Positions 20,497-31,335 are shown, numbered from the whole stretch's first letter. The stretch: 62,631 nucleotides of DNA, filler included, from 6 parts of 6 records of this genome joined end to end with filler, not necessarily neighbours in it, one strand, 5' to 3'. Notes: a model not told the origin generated them from the sequence alone. Translations and numbers: made by a program.

Positions 20497-20584
20497 GTTT
20501 AGAGCTCCCAATAGATAGAATATTAGGAAAAAAAACCAAAATAATCCAGCCATTGCCATCATTTTTTTGAGACTGACTGTTCGG

Positions 20585-21079
20585 TTAATAGTATAGTTCA
20601 TCGAATTCTTGACGTGGTTGAAGGTTCTCTTTTTTTATTGTTCTTAGACAACTGTTGTATCTCAAAATTGGGTCGGCACAATGATCAGGAGCCATTTTTT
20701 CTGCGATCTCAAATTCTGCAATTGCTTCAATAAATCCATCATATGCAAAAGATCGAGACATGGAGTGCTTTAGTAAGCTTCTTGCTTGCCTCTCTAGGAA
20801 GATTCCTGAGTAATAATGACGTAAAAATTCTGAATTAAGTTTTTTGATACTATCTGTAATTTTATTACGGTGGACCTTAGATTCACTCTGAGATAGCTGA
20901 TCGGTTAATGCAAGAATATATATGACTAAAGCGTCTTGATTATTGTTATCAACAGCAAAAATATCTAGGCAAATGCTAATTGCCATTTCGGGCTGAAGCA
21001 AAGAACGATATTGTCTCGCACGCTCTAGAACGTCTTCAATTGAAGAGTTTTCAATTTTATGATAGACCTTATTGTTCAC
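20585..21079 (-). CDS. Hypothetical helical-repeat (TPR-like) protein
   Basis: ERARQYRSL.QPE.A.SICLDI, YYSGI..ER.A, A.....P....D.ILRYNSC.R. Confidence 0.7.
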   Translation of the reverse strand: MNNKVYHKIENSSIEDVLERARQYRSLLQPEMAISICLDIFAVDNNNQDALVIYILALTDQLSQSESKVHRNKITDSIKKLNSEFLRHYYSGIFLERQARSLLKHSMSRSFAYDGFIEAIAEFEIAEKMAPDHCADPILRYNSCLRTIKKENLQPRQEFDELYY

Positions 21080-21219
21080 CGAATAACAATTTAACCTTTA
21101 GTAAGCTGCATATTATATTTTATAAGCCGGTGAATTTTAGTCTTTAATTGTGTTTTTTATATGAAGAATTCATTTTGTTCAATGAAAAATTCATATGTTG
21201 AAACAGCGCTCCAGTTAAA

Positions 21220-22560
21220 TTAAATATCAAGATAGCTTTCTAAAGAATCATCTAAAGCATCTAGCCATGGCGTATGGTGAGGTGGAGACTCGGTTCCAGT
21301 CATGAGTGAGGCATGTGACTTATCTCTAAAAGTCATAATTCCATCCTTCTTATTATGTTTCCAGTCCATAAAAGTTCTGTTAACTCCCTCAATATCAAAA
21401 TTAGGATAATCCGTCTCATCAATCAGCATCTGAGTATAAGCCCCTTGAAAGTCAATCGCGTATGCAACATCGTCTTGTGCTGTTTCTTTTTCATGCCATT
21501 CAAGTGTATGTGCTTGCATTTCACTAAAAGATGGAAGACTGATCTTCTTTAGAATGATATCTCTTGCGTACCAAGCTTGCGCATCAAACATATTAAATGT
21601 GTACCATTGATCTTGCATTCCTAGATACATAAGTCTTGGGTTCTTCTCCCAGACGACGCCCTTATATAAGTCAAGAGGATAAAGGATATTATTAGTTTTT
21701 AATCTTAAACTATCTGGTAAGAAGGGGAAATGATGAATGTAACCTGTGCACAGAATGATCGAATCTACTTCTTTTGAAGTCCCATCGGCAAAGAAAGCCT
21801 TATTGCCATCCACCTTAACTAGCGCTGGCTTTTCTTCCCAATTTTCAGGCCAGCCAAAACCCATTGGCGCCGTTCTGTAGCTACTAGTGATTGATTTAGC
21901 GCCATACTTATAGCACTGTGAACCAATATCTTCAGCAGAATAACTACTGCCTATGACCAAAATATCTTGGTCTTTAAATTCCATAGCGTCTCTGAAATCA
22001 TGGGCATGTAATATCCTGCCATTAAAATGGCTAAAGCCATCATAATTTGGAACATTGGGGGTTGAAAAGTGTCCACTCGCGACAATGACATAATCAAATT
22101 TTTCAGAGTAAGTTTCATCGTCAACAAGATTACTCACTGTGACTGTAAATAGTTCACTTTCTTCATCGTATTCAACATTTCGAACTGCAGTATTAAATCG
22201 AATCATATTCCTAACCTTAGCTTTTTCTACTCTACCTTGAATATAGTCAAACAAAACTTCCCTTGGAGGGAATGAGGCAATTGGGTGGCCAAAATGTTCC
22301 TCAAAATAATAGTCAGCAAATTCAAGGCATTCTTTTGGCCCATTAGACCAAAGGTAACGATACATACTGCTGTGCGCAATCTCACCATGCTGATCAAGCC
22401 CAGTTCTCCAGCTATAATTCCATAGCCCTCCCCAATTGTCTTGTTTTTCAAAACAGACTATTTCTGGCAACTCTTCTCCTTTTTCTTCAGCAGACTTAAA
22501 AGCCCTTAACTGTGCCAGTCCACTTGGGCCTGCGCCTATGATTCCAACTCTTTGTCTCAT
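21220..22560 (-). CDS. tmm: Bacterial flavin-containing monooxygenase (trimethylamine monooxygenase)
   Basis: [54 protein letters not shown]. Confidence 0.92.
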   Translation of the reverse strand: MRQRVGIIGAGPSGLAQLRAFKSAEEKGEELPEIVCFEKQDNWGGLWNYSWRTGLDQHGEIAHSSMYRYLWSNGPKECLEFADYYFEEHFGHPIASFPPREVLFDYIQGRVEKAKVRNMIRFNTAVRNVEYDEESELFTVTVSNLVDDETYSEKFDYVIVASGHFSTPNVPNYDGFSHFNGRILHAHDFRDAMEFKDQDILVIGSSYSAEDIGSQCYKYGAKSITSSYRTAPMGFGWPENWEEKPALVKVDGNKAFFADGTSKEVDSIILCTGYIHHFPFLPDSLRLKTNNILYPLDLYKGVVWEKNPRLMYLGMQDQWYTFNMFDAQAWYARDIILKKISLPSFSEMQAHTLEWHEKETAQDDVAYAIDFQGAYTQMLIDETDYPNFDIEGVNRTFMDWKHNKKDGIMTFRDKSHASLMTGTESPPHHTPWLDALDDSLESYLDI

Positions 22561-22719
22561 CCTCTCTCCTTCAAAATATAGACTTTTTTTATTCCCATTA
22601 GTATTGTAGGGATATTTTTGATTTTATATAATCATTTACTCTTGGAATATATTAATTTATCTAAATTATGAGTTTAAAAAAAATATTAAAGATAAGAGCC
22701 ATTTTCTAAAAAATTATTT

Positions 22720-22753
22720 GTGGCAATAAATGGTAAATAATGGTATAAAATGG
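22720..22753 (+). promoter_or_regulatory. MraZ autoregulatory boxes
   Basis: TGG repeated with exact 10-nt period (TGGCAATAAA TGGTAAATAA TGGTATAAAA TGG) immediately before the mraZ start. Confidence 0.75.
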
Positions 22754-22757
22754 ATTT

Positions 22758-23210
22758 ATGTTTCGTGGAATTCACCTTTTATCAATGGATGCAAAAGGTA
22801 GGATTAAAATTCCTACTCGTCATTTAGGGCAAGTCACTAAAATTTGTTCTGGACAGATGGTCATGAGCATCCATCCTGATGATCCTTGTCTCGTTCTCTA
22901 TCCTTTAAAAGATTGGCAGCAACTAGAACTCAAAATTGGAGAACTTCCATCTCTTAATATTCATACCAAAAAATTATCAAGAAAACTTATTGGTCATGCC
23001 ATTGATTGTGAATTAGACAAAATTGGTAGGATTCTTATTCCTAGCTCTCATAAGAATTACGCTAATTTAAATAATAAAGTTATACTGAGTGGACAAGGTA
23101 AAAGTTTTGAAATCTGGGATGAAAGGGCATGGAAAGATCAAATTGAAAAAATTGAAAGACTAAGCAATCAAACTGAAGTACCTCAGGAAATTTCAAAACT
23201 TTCTCTTTAG
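22758..23210 (+). CDS. mraZ: Transcriptional regulator MraZ
   Basis: MFRG....MDAKGR..IP, ELDKIGRILIP, FEIWD. Confidence 0.95.
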   Translation: MFRGIHLLSMDAKGRIKIPTRHLGQVTKICSGQMVMSIHPDDPCLVLYPLKDWQQLELKIGELPSLNIHTKKLSRKLIGHAIDCELDKIGRILIPSSHKNYANLNNKVILSGQGKSFEIWDERAWKDQIEKIERLSNQTEVPQEISKLSL

Positions 23211-23214
23211 TTAA

Positions 23215-24168
23215 ATGTCATTAAGTAAGAATAATGCGTCCACTAAAGAATCTAACTATCATGACTCTGTTCTCTTTAATGAGGTTTTAAAAGGTCTAAA
23301 CATAAAATCAGGTGGCATCTATGTTGATGCCACTTTGGGCCGATGTGGTCATACTCAAGGAATACTAAATCATTTAGATAGCTTGGGAAGGGTTATAGGA
23401 TTTGATCAAGATATTGATGCAATTAAATATGCAGAGATTAATTTCTCTGACCCACGGCTAGAGCTGATTCATAGTAATTTTTCAAACTTAAATGATGAGC
23501 TTAATAAAATTAATTTGATTGGTAAAGTTGATGGAGTCTTAATGGATTTAGGAATCTCCTCTCCTCAAATAGACAATGCCGATAGGGGATTTAGCTTTAA
23601 TAAAGATGGTTTACTTGATATGAGGATGGATCAATCTCAAAGACTCACTGCTACAGAATGGCTTAAAGAGACAAGTGAAAAAGAAATCGCTGATACGCTC
23701 TATCAATATGGAGAAGAAAAAAGAAGTCGTATTATTGCTTCAACTATAAAGGAATATCAAAAAAATAGTGAAATCAAGACAACTCTTGAGTTAGCAAACC
23801 TCATTTCGACCGTCGTCAAACCAGGCAAAAATAAGCACCCTGCAACGCGCTCTTTTCAGGCCATAAGGATAGCCATTAATGATGAGCTAATAATGCTCTC
23901 TGAAGCATTAAACCAAACGATTGATGCTTTAGATAAAGGAGGAAGGCTTGCTGTTATCTCGTTTCACTCAATTGAGGATAGAATTGTTAAACAATTTATC
24001 CAAAAACACTCTCGGCCTAAGCAGATTCCAAAAGGCTTACCTATCATGATGAATGATACTCAACCTTGCCTCCTTAAGGATCTAGGGAAAGTGAAGCCTT
24101 CAAATGAAGAGATAAAAATAAACAGAAGATCAAGAAGTGCAATTTTAAGGATAGCTGAGAAGTGTTAG
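23215..24168 (+). CDS. rsmH: 16S rRNA m4C1402 methyltransferase
   Basis: YVDATLG..GH, DLGISS.QID, LDMRMD, HPATRSFQAIRI, ISFHSIEDRIVK. Confidence 0.96.
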   Translation: MSLSKNNASTKESNYHDSVLFNEVLKGLNIKSGGIYVDATLGRCGHTQGILNHLDSLGRVIGFDQDIDAIKYAEINFSDPRLELIHSNFSNLNDELNKINLIGKVDGVLMDLGISSPQIDNADRGFSFNKDGLLDMRMDQSQRLTATEWLKETSEKEIADTLYQYGEEKRSRIIASTIKEYQKNSEIKTTLELANLISTVVKPGKNKHPATRSFQAIRIAINDELIMLSEALNQTIDALDKGGRLAVISFHSIEDRIVKQFIQKHSRPKQIPKGLPIMMNDTQPCLLKDLGKVKPSNEEIKINRRSRSAILRIAEKC

Positions 24169-24443
24169 CGATTTTTCAAAAAAGGATTGTAATTAATTTT
24201 AGTTTAGTAATTTCAATAATACTTTTATCAATATTAAGCATCCATTACCATCATGAAATGTATTTACTGCATAAAACAGAGAAAACACTCAAAAATGAGA
24301 ATGAAAAAATTAATGCCTTGAATAGGCAGTTAATGATGGAATATTCTGAAATTCAAAGTGGAGTAACTGTCTATCAAAAATCACAAGATGAATTATTAAT
24401 GATTGCTCCTCTTGAGTCTGAAATGGAAGAGGTGACCATATGA
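24162..24443 (+). CDS. ftsL: Cell division protein FtsL
   Basis: One TM plus a coiled coil; located between rsmH and ftsI. Confidence 0.8.
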   Translation: MLAIFQKRIVINFSLVISIILLSILSIHYHHEMYLLHKTEKTLKNENEKINALNRQLMMEYSEIQSGVTVYQKSQDELLMIAPLESEMEEVTI

Positions 24444-26290
24444 AAATAGCTCGCGTTCAAGGTTATAGAAATAGGCAGTCACTTGTCAAAATTTGCTTTA
24501 TTGCAATTGTCATCATTTTTATCTATCGCGCCTTTAGTGTAACCGATATTAAAGCAAACGATATTCCTCTTAAAGCCAAAGCCTCTAAAAATTCAGAGTT
24601 TTCACTTGTAGAAAAATCAATTAGAGGAAACATCTTAGATAGAAATAATAATCTGCTTGCAATCAATCTGATACATAAAAAAATTAATCTAGATCCTATG
24701 ATTATTCAAGAAGAATATATTGATCTCTTGGCAGATGCATTAGAGATGCCCAGAATGGATTTCAGGGAGCAAATTATTGAAAAAAAAATAAATAAAAGAA
24801 AATACTTTATTGTTAAAGAAAAACTCAAGGTAAATGATCCTATTTTAAAAAATATTGCTGAACTTCAAAAGAAAAGGTCTAAGGTGTGTTTTAAGACATC
24901 TAAAAATCCTACCATCACTCTTATCGATAAGGCTAAAAAGATTATTGGGATGAAGCCATCTGCCAAAGAAATGATTGAGGTAAACAAATGTGCTAGACAA
25001 CGAATCGCTGGCGTAGCCATTGAATCAGGCGGCTTTCGTTATTATCCAAAAAAAGACTCTATCGCGCCTTTGATTGGAAAAACTAATTCAGAAAATATTG
25101 GGGTATTTGGAATTGAGTCTGAATATGATCAATATTTAGCTGGAATCAATGGAGTAAAAAGGCTAGCAGACAATAAAGATAATTCAAATATCTATTATGA
25201 TGCTGAAATGATTAAAAAATTTAAGCAAGGAGAAGACTTAAAACTGACGATTGATTCAGACATTCAGTTTCATGTTTTCAATGCAATAAAAGAACAGGCA
25301 GAATTCCATGAGGCAGATTCGGCTGCAGCAATCGTTCTGTCTCCAAATGGTGAAATATTAGCGCTAGCCAATTACCCATCAACAAATCCAAATAATCATC
25401 AAAGCTATAGTGCAGATGATTATAGAAATCGTGTTTTTTCTGATAAAACCGAGCCAGGATCGACAATGAAACCTTTCACGATGCTTCTTGCCTTAGACAA
25501 AGGAGTCATAACTGCCACTGATGATGAGTTAATAGATGTTAAAAATCGTGTTGGAAATATACCTCCTGATAAAAAGTATTTTGAAATGACAATTCAACAA
25601 ATACTCGAAAAATCACATAATTTAGGTACGGTAATGGTAGCTGAAAATATTGAAAATGAAGAGTTCTATGACACATGGGAAAAACTGGGTTTTGGAAGAT
25701 CCCTGGGGGTGATGCCTGGGACAGAAAACTCAGGAGTCTTGAGACATTTTAGTAATTGGGGCTTGGCTGATAAAAGATCTCTCTCTTTTGGCCATGGACC
25801 TATGAATACCAATCTTGCTCAGCTTGCAAGAGCCTATCTAGTCTTTGCAAATGATGGGGCTCTCCCTTCACTTAAGCTTCTAAAAGATGATAATAAAAAT
25901 GAAAGTATTACACAAGTATTTACTCCAGAGTCAACACAAAGAATCTCTCAGATTTTAGATTCTGTAGCTTCAGATAATGGCTCTGGTTACCGTGCAGTTA
26001 TTGATGGATATTCAGTAGCTGGCAAAACTGGAACTGCTGAAATGGTTATAGATGGTCAATACAATAAAGACGGCGCCAAGAGAACTTATTTTGTTGGTTA
26101 CTCTCCTGCGGATAAACCTAAATACATTATGGCTGTCAGGCTTGATTATCCAAAAAAATGCTTTGTATCATGGGATCCAACCATGAGAAACCGATGTGAA
26201 GGATCCAATTCTGCTTCCATGGCTTTTAAAAAAGCCATGGAAAGAATACTCATTAATGATCCTGAAGTAATTTCTTTACTCGAGGGTTAA
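24440..26290 (+). CDS. ftsI: Penicillin-binding protein 3 (septal transpeptidase)
   Basis: RGNILDRN, EPGSTMKP (SxxK), KSHN (SxN), GKTGT; position in the dcw cluster. Confidence 0.9.
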   Translation: MKIARVQGYRNRQSLVKICFIAIVIIFIYRAFSVTDIKANDIPLKAKASKNSEFSLVEKSIRGNILDRNNNLLAINLIHKKINLDPMIIQEEYIDLLADALEMPRMDFREQIIEKKINKRKYFIVKEKLKVNDPILKNIAELQKKRSKVCFKTSKNPTITLIDKAKKIIGMKPSAKEMIEVNKCARQRIAGVAIESGGFRYYPKKDSIAPLIGKTNSENIGVFGIESEYDQYLAGINGVKRLADNKDNSNIYYDAEMIKKFKQGEDLKLTIDSDIQFHVFNAIKEQAEFHEADSAAAIVLSPNGEILALANYPSTNPNNHQSYSADDYRNRVFSDKTEPGSTMKPFTMLLALDKGVITATDDELIDVKNRVGNIPPDKKYFEMTIQQILEKSHNLGTVMVAENIENEEFYDTWEKLGFGRSLGVMPGTENSGVLRHFSNWGLADKRSLSFGHGPMNTNLAQLARAYLVFANDGALPSLKLLKDDNKNESITQVFTPESTQRISQILDSVASDNGSGYRAVIDGYSVAGKTGTAEMVIDGQYNKDGAKRTYFVGYSPADKPKYIMAVRLDYPKKCFVSWDPTMRNRCEGSNSASMAFKKAMERILINDPEVISLLEG

Positions 26291-28113
26291 GATTTTTTTT
26301 GACGGGTTGCGCTCACCTTGCTTTTCATAATATCTTGCATCACAGCTTTTTCTTCATCATGAGTTTTAGCGGAGAGGATTGAGGCCTTTGTAGATTTTCT
26401 TTCATAGAATTTTTCAGCTGCAGTGAGGGTATACCCAAACTCCTCTTTAGCTTCATACTCACTCAAAAAGGGCTCCATTACGCTTAGTTCCTTAAGTCGG
26501 TTATAAACTCTTTCTTTAGATTTATAAGGTAATAATAATGCCTCCTTTGAAAGGTCAGACTCAACTTGAGCATGCCTTATTAGTTCAACCAAAACATCAG
26601 ATTTTGGTAACTTCCTAGCCCTCTCTTCGATCACACTCGATGTCTCTGGATCATTAACAAGTGATGGATAATTAATGACGCAGGATATCATTCTAGACAT
26701 AAGACTTTTTATACTTGAAGGTGAGGTTCTTTTGGGCTTTGTTTGAAACGATTGATTGACTATCTCTGCTTGCTCAAGCTCATTGGCATAATAGTGCTGG
26801 GTATTATTTGCAATGTTTTGCTCAATTGCTTTTTCTACTTGAGTTATATTTTGTCCAATGGTTTGAGCAATACCCTCTATTAATTGTTGTTGATAGATTG
26901 GATAGCTTACTAGATTCACTAATGCTGCTGATTTTTCTAAAAATAATGTCTTGCCTTCAATCGTATTAAAAGGCACTTCAGCCTTTATATGTTCAAATAG
27001 AAAGTTAGAAAGTGTTTGCGCTTCATCTACCCTTTTATTGAATGCTTTAGCTGATTCACTATTAATCAATGTGTCAGGATCTTCCCCTTCAGGTAATAGT
27101 AAAAATTTAATAACTAAGCCTGCAGTGATAGCAGGTAATGACGTTTGTAATGCTTTCCAAGCTGCATCTCTTCCTGCCTTATCGCCATCAAAGCAAAAAA
27201 CAATGGTCTCAGCTGTACGGGATAAAACCTGTAAATGTGACGAAGTAGTGGCCGTTCCTAATGTAGCAACAACATTAGTGATTCCTTGTTGATGAAGTGC
27301 GATAACATCCATATAGCCTTCAACAACTATGATTGCATCTATTTTCCTGGAATATTTTCTACAATGGTAAAGGCCATATAATTCTTTTGATTTAGAGAAC
27401 AAAGGGGTTTCGGGTGAATTCAAATACTTGGGGTTATCTTTGCTCGATAAGACTCTGCCTCCAAAGCCAATAACTGATCCCTTTGTATTGTGAATAGGAA
27501 ACATAAGTCGATCTCGAAAACGATCATAATAGTCGTCTTTTTTATCTTTTTTGGGGACAATCATTCCCATTGTCAATAGGTCTTGTGTGGATTCTTCACT
27601 ATCTTTATATGCATCAAAAAGATTAGTCCAGCCTGGCGGCGCAAAGCCTAGTTCAAATCGTTTTGCAATCGATCCACTTACTCCACGATTTTTAGCATAA
27701 TCCACTACTTTCTTTTTTGCAGCTGAAGTTTTGAGTTGTTCCTGATAAAAGCTGCTCAACTCTTCCATTAATTTGTTATATCTCTTAAAGCGCATATCCA
27801 CAGGCTTAGCAGTTTGATCATAGACAACTGAAATTCCAGACTCGCCTGCCACAGTCTCTATTGCCTCCACAAAAGCCAAATGATCATATTTCATAATAAA
27901 ATCAATGATGCCGCCGCTTTCACCACAGCCAAAACAATGATATATCTGCTTAGTTGGGACTACAGTGAAGGAGGGTGTCTTTTCTTCATGGAAAGGACAG
28001 CATGCCTTATAATCTTTGCCAGCCTTTTTTAAAGCGACACGCTTATTGATTAATCCAACAATATCTACTCTATTGGGTAAATCATTGATAAAATCTCTGT
28101 CAACAAATGGCAT
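26287..28113 (-). CDS. dnaG: DNA primase
   Basis: CPFHEEKTPSF...HCFGC zinc finger, KYLNSPET, VEGYMDV, FDGDKAG. Confidence 0.97.
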   Translation of the reverse strand: MPFVDRDFINDLPNRVDIVGLINKRVALKKAGKDYKACCPFHEEKTPSFTVVPTKQIYHCFGCGESGGIIDFIMKYDHLAFVEAIETVAGESGISVVYDQTAKPVDMRFKRYNKLMEELSSFYQEQLKTSAAKKKVVDYAKNRGVSGSIAKRFELGFAPPGWTNLFDAYKDSEESTQDLLTMGMIVPKKDKKDDYYDRFRDRLMFPIHNTKGSVIGFGGRVLSSKDNPKYLNSPETPLFSKSKELYGLYHCRKYSRKIDAIIVVEGYMDVIALHQQGITNVVATLGTATTSSHLQVLSRTAETIVFCFDGDKAGRDAAWKALQTSLPAITAGLVIKFLLLPEGEDPDTLINSESAKAFNKRVDEAQTLSNFLFEHIKAEVPFNTIEGKTLFLEKSAALVNLVSYPIYQQQLIEGIAQTIGQNITQVEKAIEQNIANNTQHYYANELEQAEIVNQSFQTKPKRTSPSSIKSLMSRMISCVINYPSLVNDPETSSVIEERARKLPKSDVLVELIRHAQVESDLSKEALLLPYKSKERVYNRLKELSVMEPFLSEYEAKEEFGYTLTAAEKFYERKSTKASILSAKTHDEEKAVMQDIMKSKVSATRQKKS

Positions 28114-28154
28114 AATTTACAGCTTATTTTTTAGTTTCATTTAATTTTATTTTA

Positions 28155-29060
28155 ATGTTAAACGTCGAATTTATTCACTCTAAATTTTTACTTACATGGA
28201 TTCTAATTCTCTTTATGCGTATTGTTGTCTTTATTCCATTCAAAGCTCAAGTGATAGCTGGAAAAGCGATTGGAAGAATGATGCATCCATTCATGCATAA
28301 ATTGAGATCAACAGCTTACTCAAACATTTCACATTGTTTCCCTGAAAAAAAACAACCTCAAGTTGAGAGACTAGTCAAGAGACATTTTGAGGCAATTGGA
28401 GTCAGTTTTTTTGAGACTGCGAATGCTTATTATGGAAGTGATAATAAAATAAAAAAATTGTTAACGATAAAGAATGAACATTTTTTTAAAGATGCTCTGA
28501 AAGAAGAAGGAGGGATTATTCTTCTTTGCTCACATTTTTTGCCACTCATGTTAGGGAGTCGTGCGCTATTAATTAAGCACACCATTGCAAATATTTACCG
28601 ACCTCAAAATAACACTCTATTTGATAGCACTATGGTCAAAGGATATAAAAAACATGGCGCTGTTATGATTAAAAGTACTGACACCAGATCTATTATTAAA
28701 GCGATTAATAATAGCCTCCCAATATGGTACGCTCCTGATCAAGATTTGGGCAAAAATAATAGTGTTTTTGCGCCATTTTTTGGCATTCAAACTGCCACTG
28801 CTTCAGCAACTGCAAGGCTTGCCAAAAATAACAACACTAGAGTCATTCCATATAGTTTTATTAGGACAAGCAATGGATATCTGATGTCCTTTGAAAAACC
28901 AATTTCCAACTATCCATCAAATGATCCTATTCATGATGCAACGGTTATTAATCAAATTTTAGAGAAACAAATTAATCGCTCGCCTGAACAGTATTTGTGG
29001 ATTCATCGACGCTTTAAAACAAGGCCAAATGATGAAAAAAACTTTTACAAATTTAATTAA
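28155..29060 (+). CDS. lpxL: Lipid A lauroyl/myristoyl acyltransferase (LpxL/HtrB family)
   Basis: WYAPDQD, FAPFFG, PEQYLWIHRRFKTRP. Confidence 0.85.
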   Translation: MLNVEFIHSKFLLTWILILFMRIVVFIPFKAQVIAGKAIGRMMHPFMHKLRSTAYSNISHCFPEKKQPQVERLVKRHFEAIGVSFFETANAYYGSDNKIKKLLTIKNEHFFKDALKEEGGIILLCSHFLPLMLGSRALLIKHTIANIYRPQNNTLFDSTMVKGYKKHGAVMIKSTDTRSIIKAINNSLPIWYAPDQDLGKNNSVFAPFFGIQTATASATARLAKNNNTRVIPYSFIRTSNGYLMSFEKPISNYPSNDPIHDATVINQILEKQINRSPEQYLWIHRRFKTRPNDEKNFYKFN

Positions 29061-29142
29061 TAATATTTGATTAGAAATACAACAATTCAGAAAAATAGCG
29101 TATAATTCTCAACTTAAATTTTTGTTACATGAACTATAAATT

Positions 29143-29403
29143 ATGTCAATCGATACACAAGCTATTATTAAAGAATACCAAAAAGACCCTTCAGATACTG
29201 GTTCTGTAGATGTCCAAGTTGCTCTCCTAACTGCTAGAATTAGGCACTTAACTGAGCACTTTAAAACTCACAAAAAAGACCATCATTCAAGAAGAGGGCT
29301 TTTACGTCTTGTTTCACAGCGCAAAAAATTACTTGCGTATGTTAGAAATAATGATCTTACTACTTATGCAAATTTAATCTCAAGGTTAGGCTTAAGAAAA
29401 TAA
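29143..29403 (+). CDS. rpsO: 30S ribosomal protein S15
   Basis: [17 protein letters not shown]...[11 protein letters not shown]. Confidence 0.98.
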   Translation: MSIDTQAIIKEYQKDPSDTGSVDVQVALLTARIRHLTEHFKTHKKDHHSRRGLLRLVSQRKKLLAYVRNNDLTTYANLISRLGLRK

Positions 29404-29423
29404 GAAATTTACACCAGACAAAT

Positions 29424-29449
29424 AAAAGCCCCTATTTTGGGGCTTTTTT
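29424..29449 (+). terminator. Intrinsic terminator after rpsO
   Basis: AAAAGCCCC-TATTTT(G)-GGGGCTTTTTT hairpin with T-tract. Confidence 0.85.
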
Positions 29450-29475
29450 ATTACTTGTCGCATTAAAATAGAGTC

Positions 29476-30570
29476 ATGGAACTATCAGCTTATTACCAAA
29501 AAATTTCAGAACTTATAGATCGACTGGCTATATTATCAAAGCATCTTAAGCTTGATGAAAAACAAGATCGACTTGAGGAAGTTAAATTAGAACTTGAAAA
29601 TCCAGATATTTGGTCTAATCCTGATAAAGCTCAAGCCCTGGGAAAAGAAAAAGTTCAACTTGATAACCTGTGTGAAACATTTTCAAACTCATCAAACATC
29701 TTAAATGATGCTAAAGAACTCTTAGAAATGGCAGAGACTGAAAATGATAGTGACACAGTTAATGGAATCATTTCAGATTTAAGTGAAACAGAGAACTCTA
29801 TTGCCACACATGAATTCGAGAGAATGTTCAGTGGTGAGATGGATCGAAACTCTGCCTACTTAGATATACAGTCTGGATCTGGTGGAACTGAAGCTCAAGA
29901 CTGGGCTGAAATGATATTAAGGATGTATTTGAGATGGGGTGACAAGCACAATTTTAAAGTTAAGCTTATGGAGGTTTCAGCTGGTGAAGTTGCTGGCATT
30001 AAATCAGCCACCATACACTTTGATGGTGAATATGCCTTTGGCTGGCTTAGAAGTGAGATAGGGATTCATAGACTCGTTAGAAAATCCCCATATAATGCAA
30101 ATGGAAAAAGACATACTTCATTTTCTTCAGTTTTTGTATCGCCTGAGATTGATGATGATATTGAAATTGTGATTGATCCATCTGAACTTAGAATTGATAC
30201 CTATCGAGCTTCAGGAGCTGGTGGTCAACATGTTAATAAAACTGAATCAGCGGTTAGAATTACTCATTTGCCAACTTCAACAGTCGTTCAGTGCCAGGAT
30301 GGACGTTCACAGCATGCAAATAAAGATCAAGCAATGAAACAGTTAAAATCAAAGCTTTATGAACTAGAAATGCAAAAGCGGAATGCTGATAAACAAGATG
30401 TTGAGGATTTAAAGTCAGATATTGGCTGGGGACATCAGATTCGTTCATACGTGCTTGATCAGTCAAGAATTAAAGATTTAAGAACAGGTATTGAAAGTAG
30501 CAATACCCAGGATGTTCTTGATGGAAATTTAGACCAATTTATTGTTGCCAGCCTAAAGGCTGGCTTCTAA
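29476..30570 (+). CDS. prfB: Peptide chain release factor 2 (no programmed frameshift)
   Basis: [35 protein letters not shown]; single continuous ORF. Confidence 0.96.
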   Translation: MELSAYYQKISELIDRLAILSKHLKLDEKQDRLEEVKLELENPDIWSNPDKAQALGKEKVQLDNLCETFSNSSNILNDAKELLEMAETENDSDTVNGIISDLSETENSIATHEFERMFSGEMDRNSAYLDIQSGSGGTEAQDWAEMILRMYLRWGDKHNFKVKLMEVSAGEVAGIKSATIHFDGEYAFGWLRSEIGIHRLVRKSPYNANGKRHTSFSSVFVSPEIDDDIEIVIDPSELRIDTYRASGAGGQHVNKTESAVRITHLPTSTVVQCQDGRSQHANKDQAMKQLKSKLYELEMQKRNADKQDVEDLKSDIGWGHQIRSYVLDQSRIKDLRTGIESSNTQDVLDGNLDQFIVASLKAGF

Positions 30571-30634
30571 CAAATAAATCTTAATTATTTTAGAATGCAT
30601 TGGTACAATTATTACTAAATATTAATACTTCAAC

Positions 30635-31015
30635 ATGAAAGCTATAGATACTATTCAGTTTAATAAGAAAGGCCTTGTTCCGGTTATTACTCAAGATTAT
30701 TCAACAAATCAAATCTTGATGATGGCCTGGATGAATGAGGAAGCATTTGCTTTAACTTTAAAAACAAAGAAAGCAGTCTATTTTTCAAGGTCACGCAAAA
30801 AACTATGGTTCAAGGGTGAAGAGTCTGGGAACTACCAAGATATAGTTGAAATATTTACTGATTGTGACCAAGATGTTATCTTACTCAAAGTGAATCAAAA
30901 AGGTGGCATTGCCTGTCATACTGGTCGTGCTAATTGTTTTTTCAATAAACTTGAAAATGATCAATGGAAATGCGTCTCTAAGGTAATTAAAGACCCCAAA
31001 GAAATCTATGGATAA
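30635..31015 (+). CDS. hisI: Phosphoribosyl-AMP cyclohydrolase
   Basis: SRSR..LW.KGEESG, DCDQD, ACHTGR.NCFF. Confidence 0.95.
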   Translation: MKAIDTIQFNKKGLVPVITQDYSTNQILMMAWMNEEAFALTLKTKKAVYFSRSRKKLWFKGEESGNYQDIVEIFTDCDQDVILLKVNQKGGIACHTGRANCFFNKLENDQWKCVSKVIKDPKEIYG

Positions 31016-31325
31016 CATTCTAAATACCCTAGAAAAAATTCTGGAAGAACGAAAATCTTCATCTGAAGATAAATCTTACGTCTCTTCTTTGTATAGCAAA
31101 GGAGTGAATTCGATTTTAGAAAAAGTCAGTGAAGAGTCTGAAGAAGTTATTCAAGCAGTGAAAGAAGAAGGTAGAGATGAAGTTATCCATGAAGTAGCTG
31201 ATTTATGGTTCCACATCATGGTCCTTCTGCGCCATGAGGATATTAGTATTGAAGAGATTGAGTTAGAATTAGCTAGACGTTTTGGCGTTTCAGGTCATGA
31301 AGAAAAGGCATCAAGAAAAAAGTAG
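31008..31325 (+). CDS. hisE: Phosphoribosyl-ATP pyrophosphatase
   Basis: SYVSSLY.KG...ILEKV.EE..E, EVADLWFH. Confidence 0.95.
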   Translation: MDNILNTLEKILEERKSSSEDKSYVSSLYSKGVNSILEKVSEESEEVIQAVKEEGRDEVIHEVADLWFHIMVLLRHEDISIEEIELELARRFGVSGHEEKASRKK

Positions 31326-31335
31326 CTATAGCCTA

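Noticed and set aside
20497-20562. Start of a hydrophobic ORF on the (-) strand (MMAMAGLFWFFFLIFYLLGALN)
   Set aside because: Runs off the contig after about 22 codons; too short to call.
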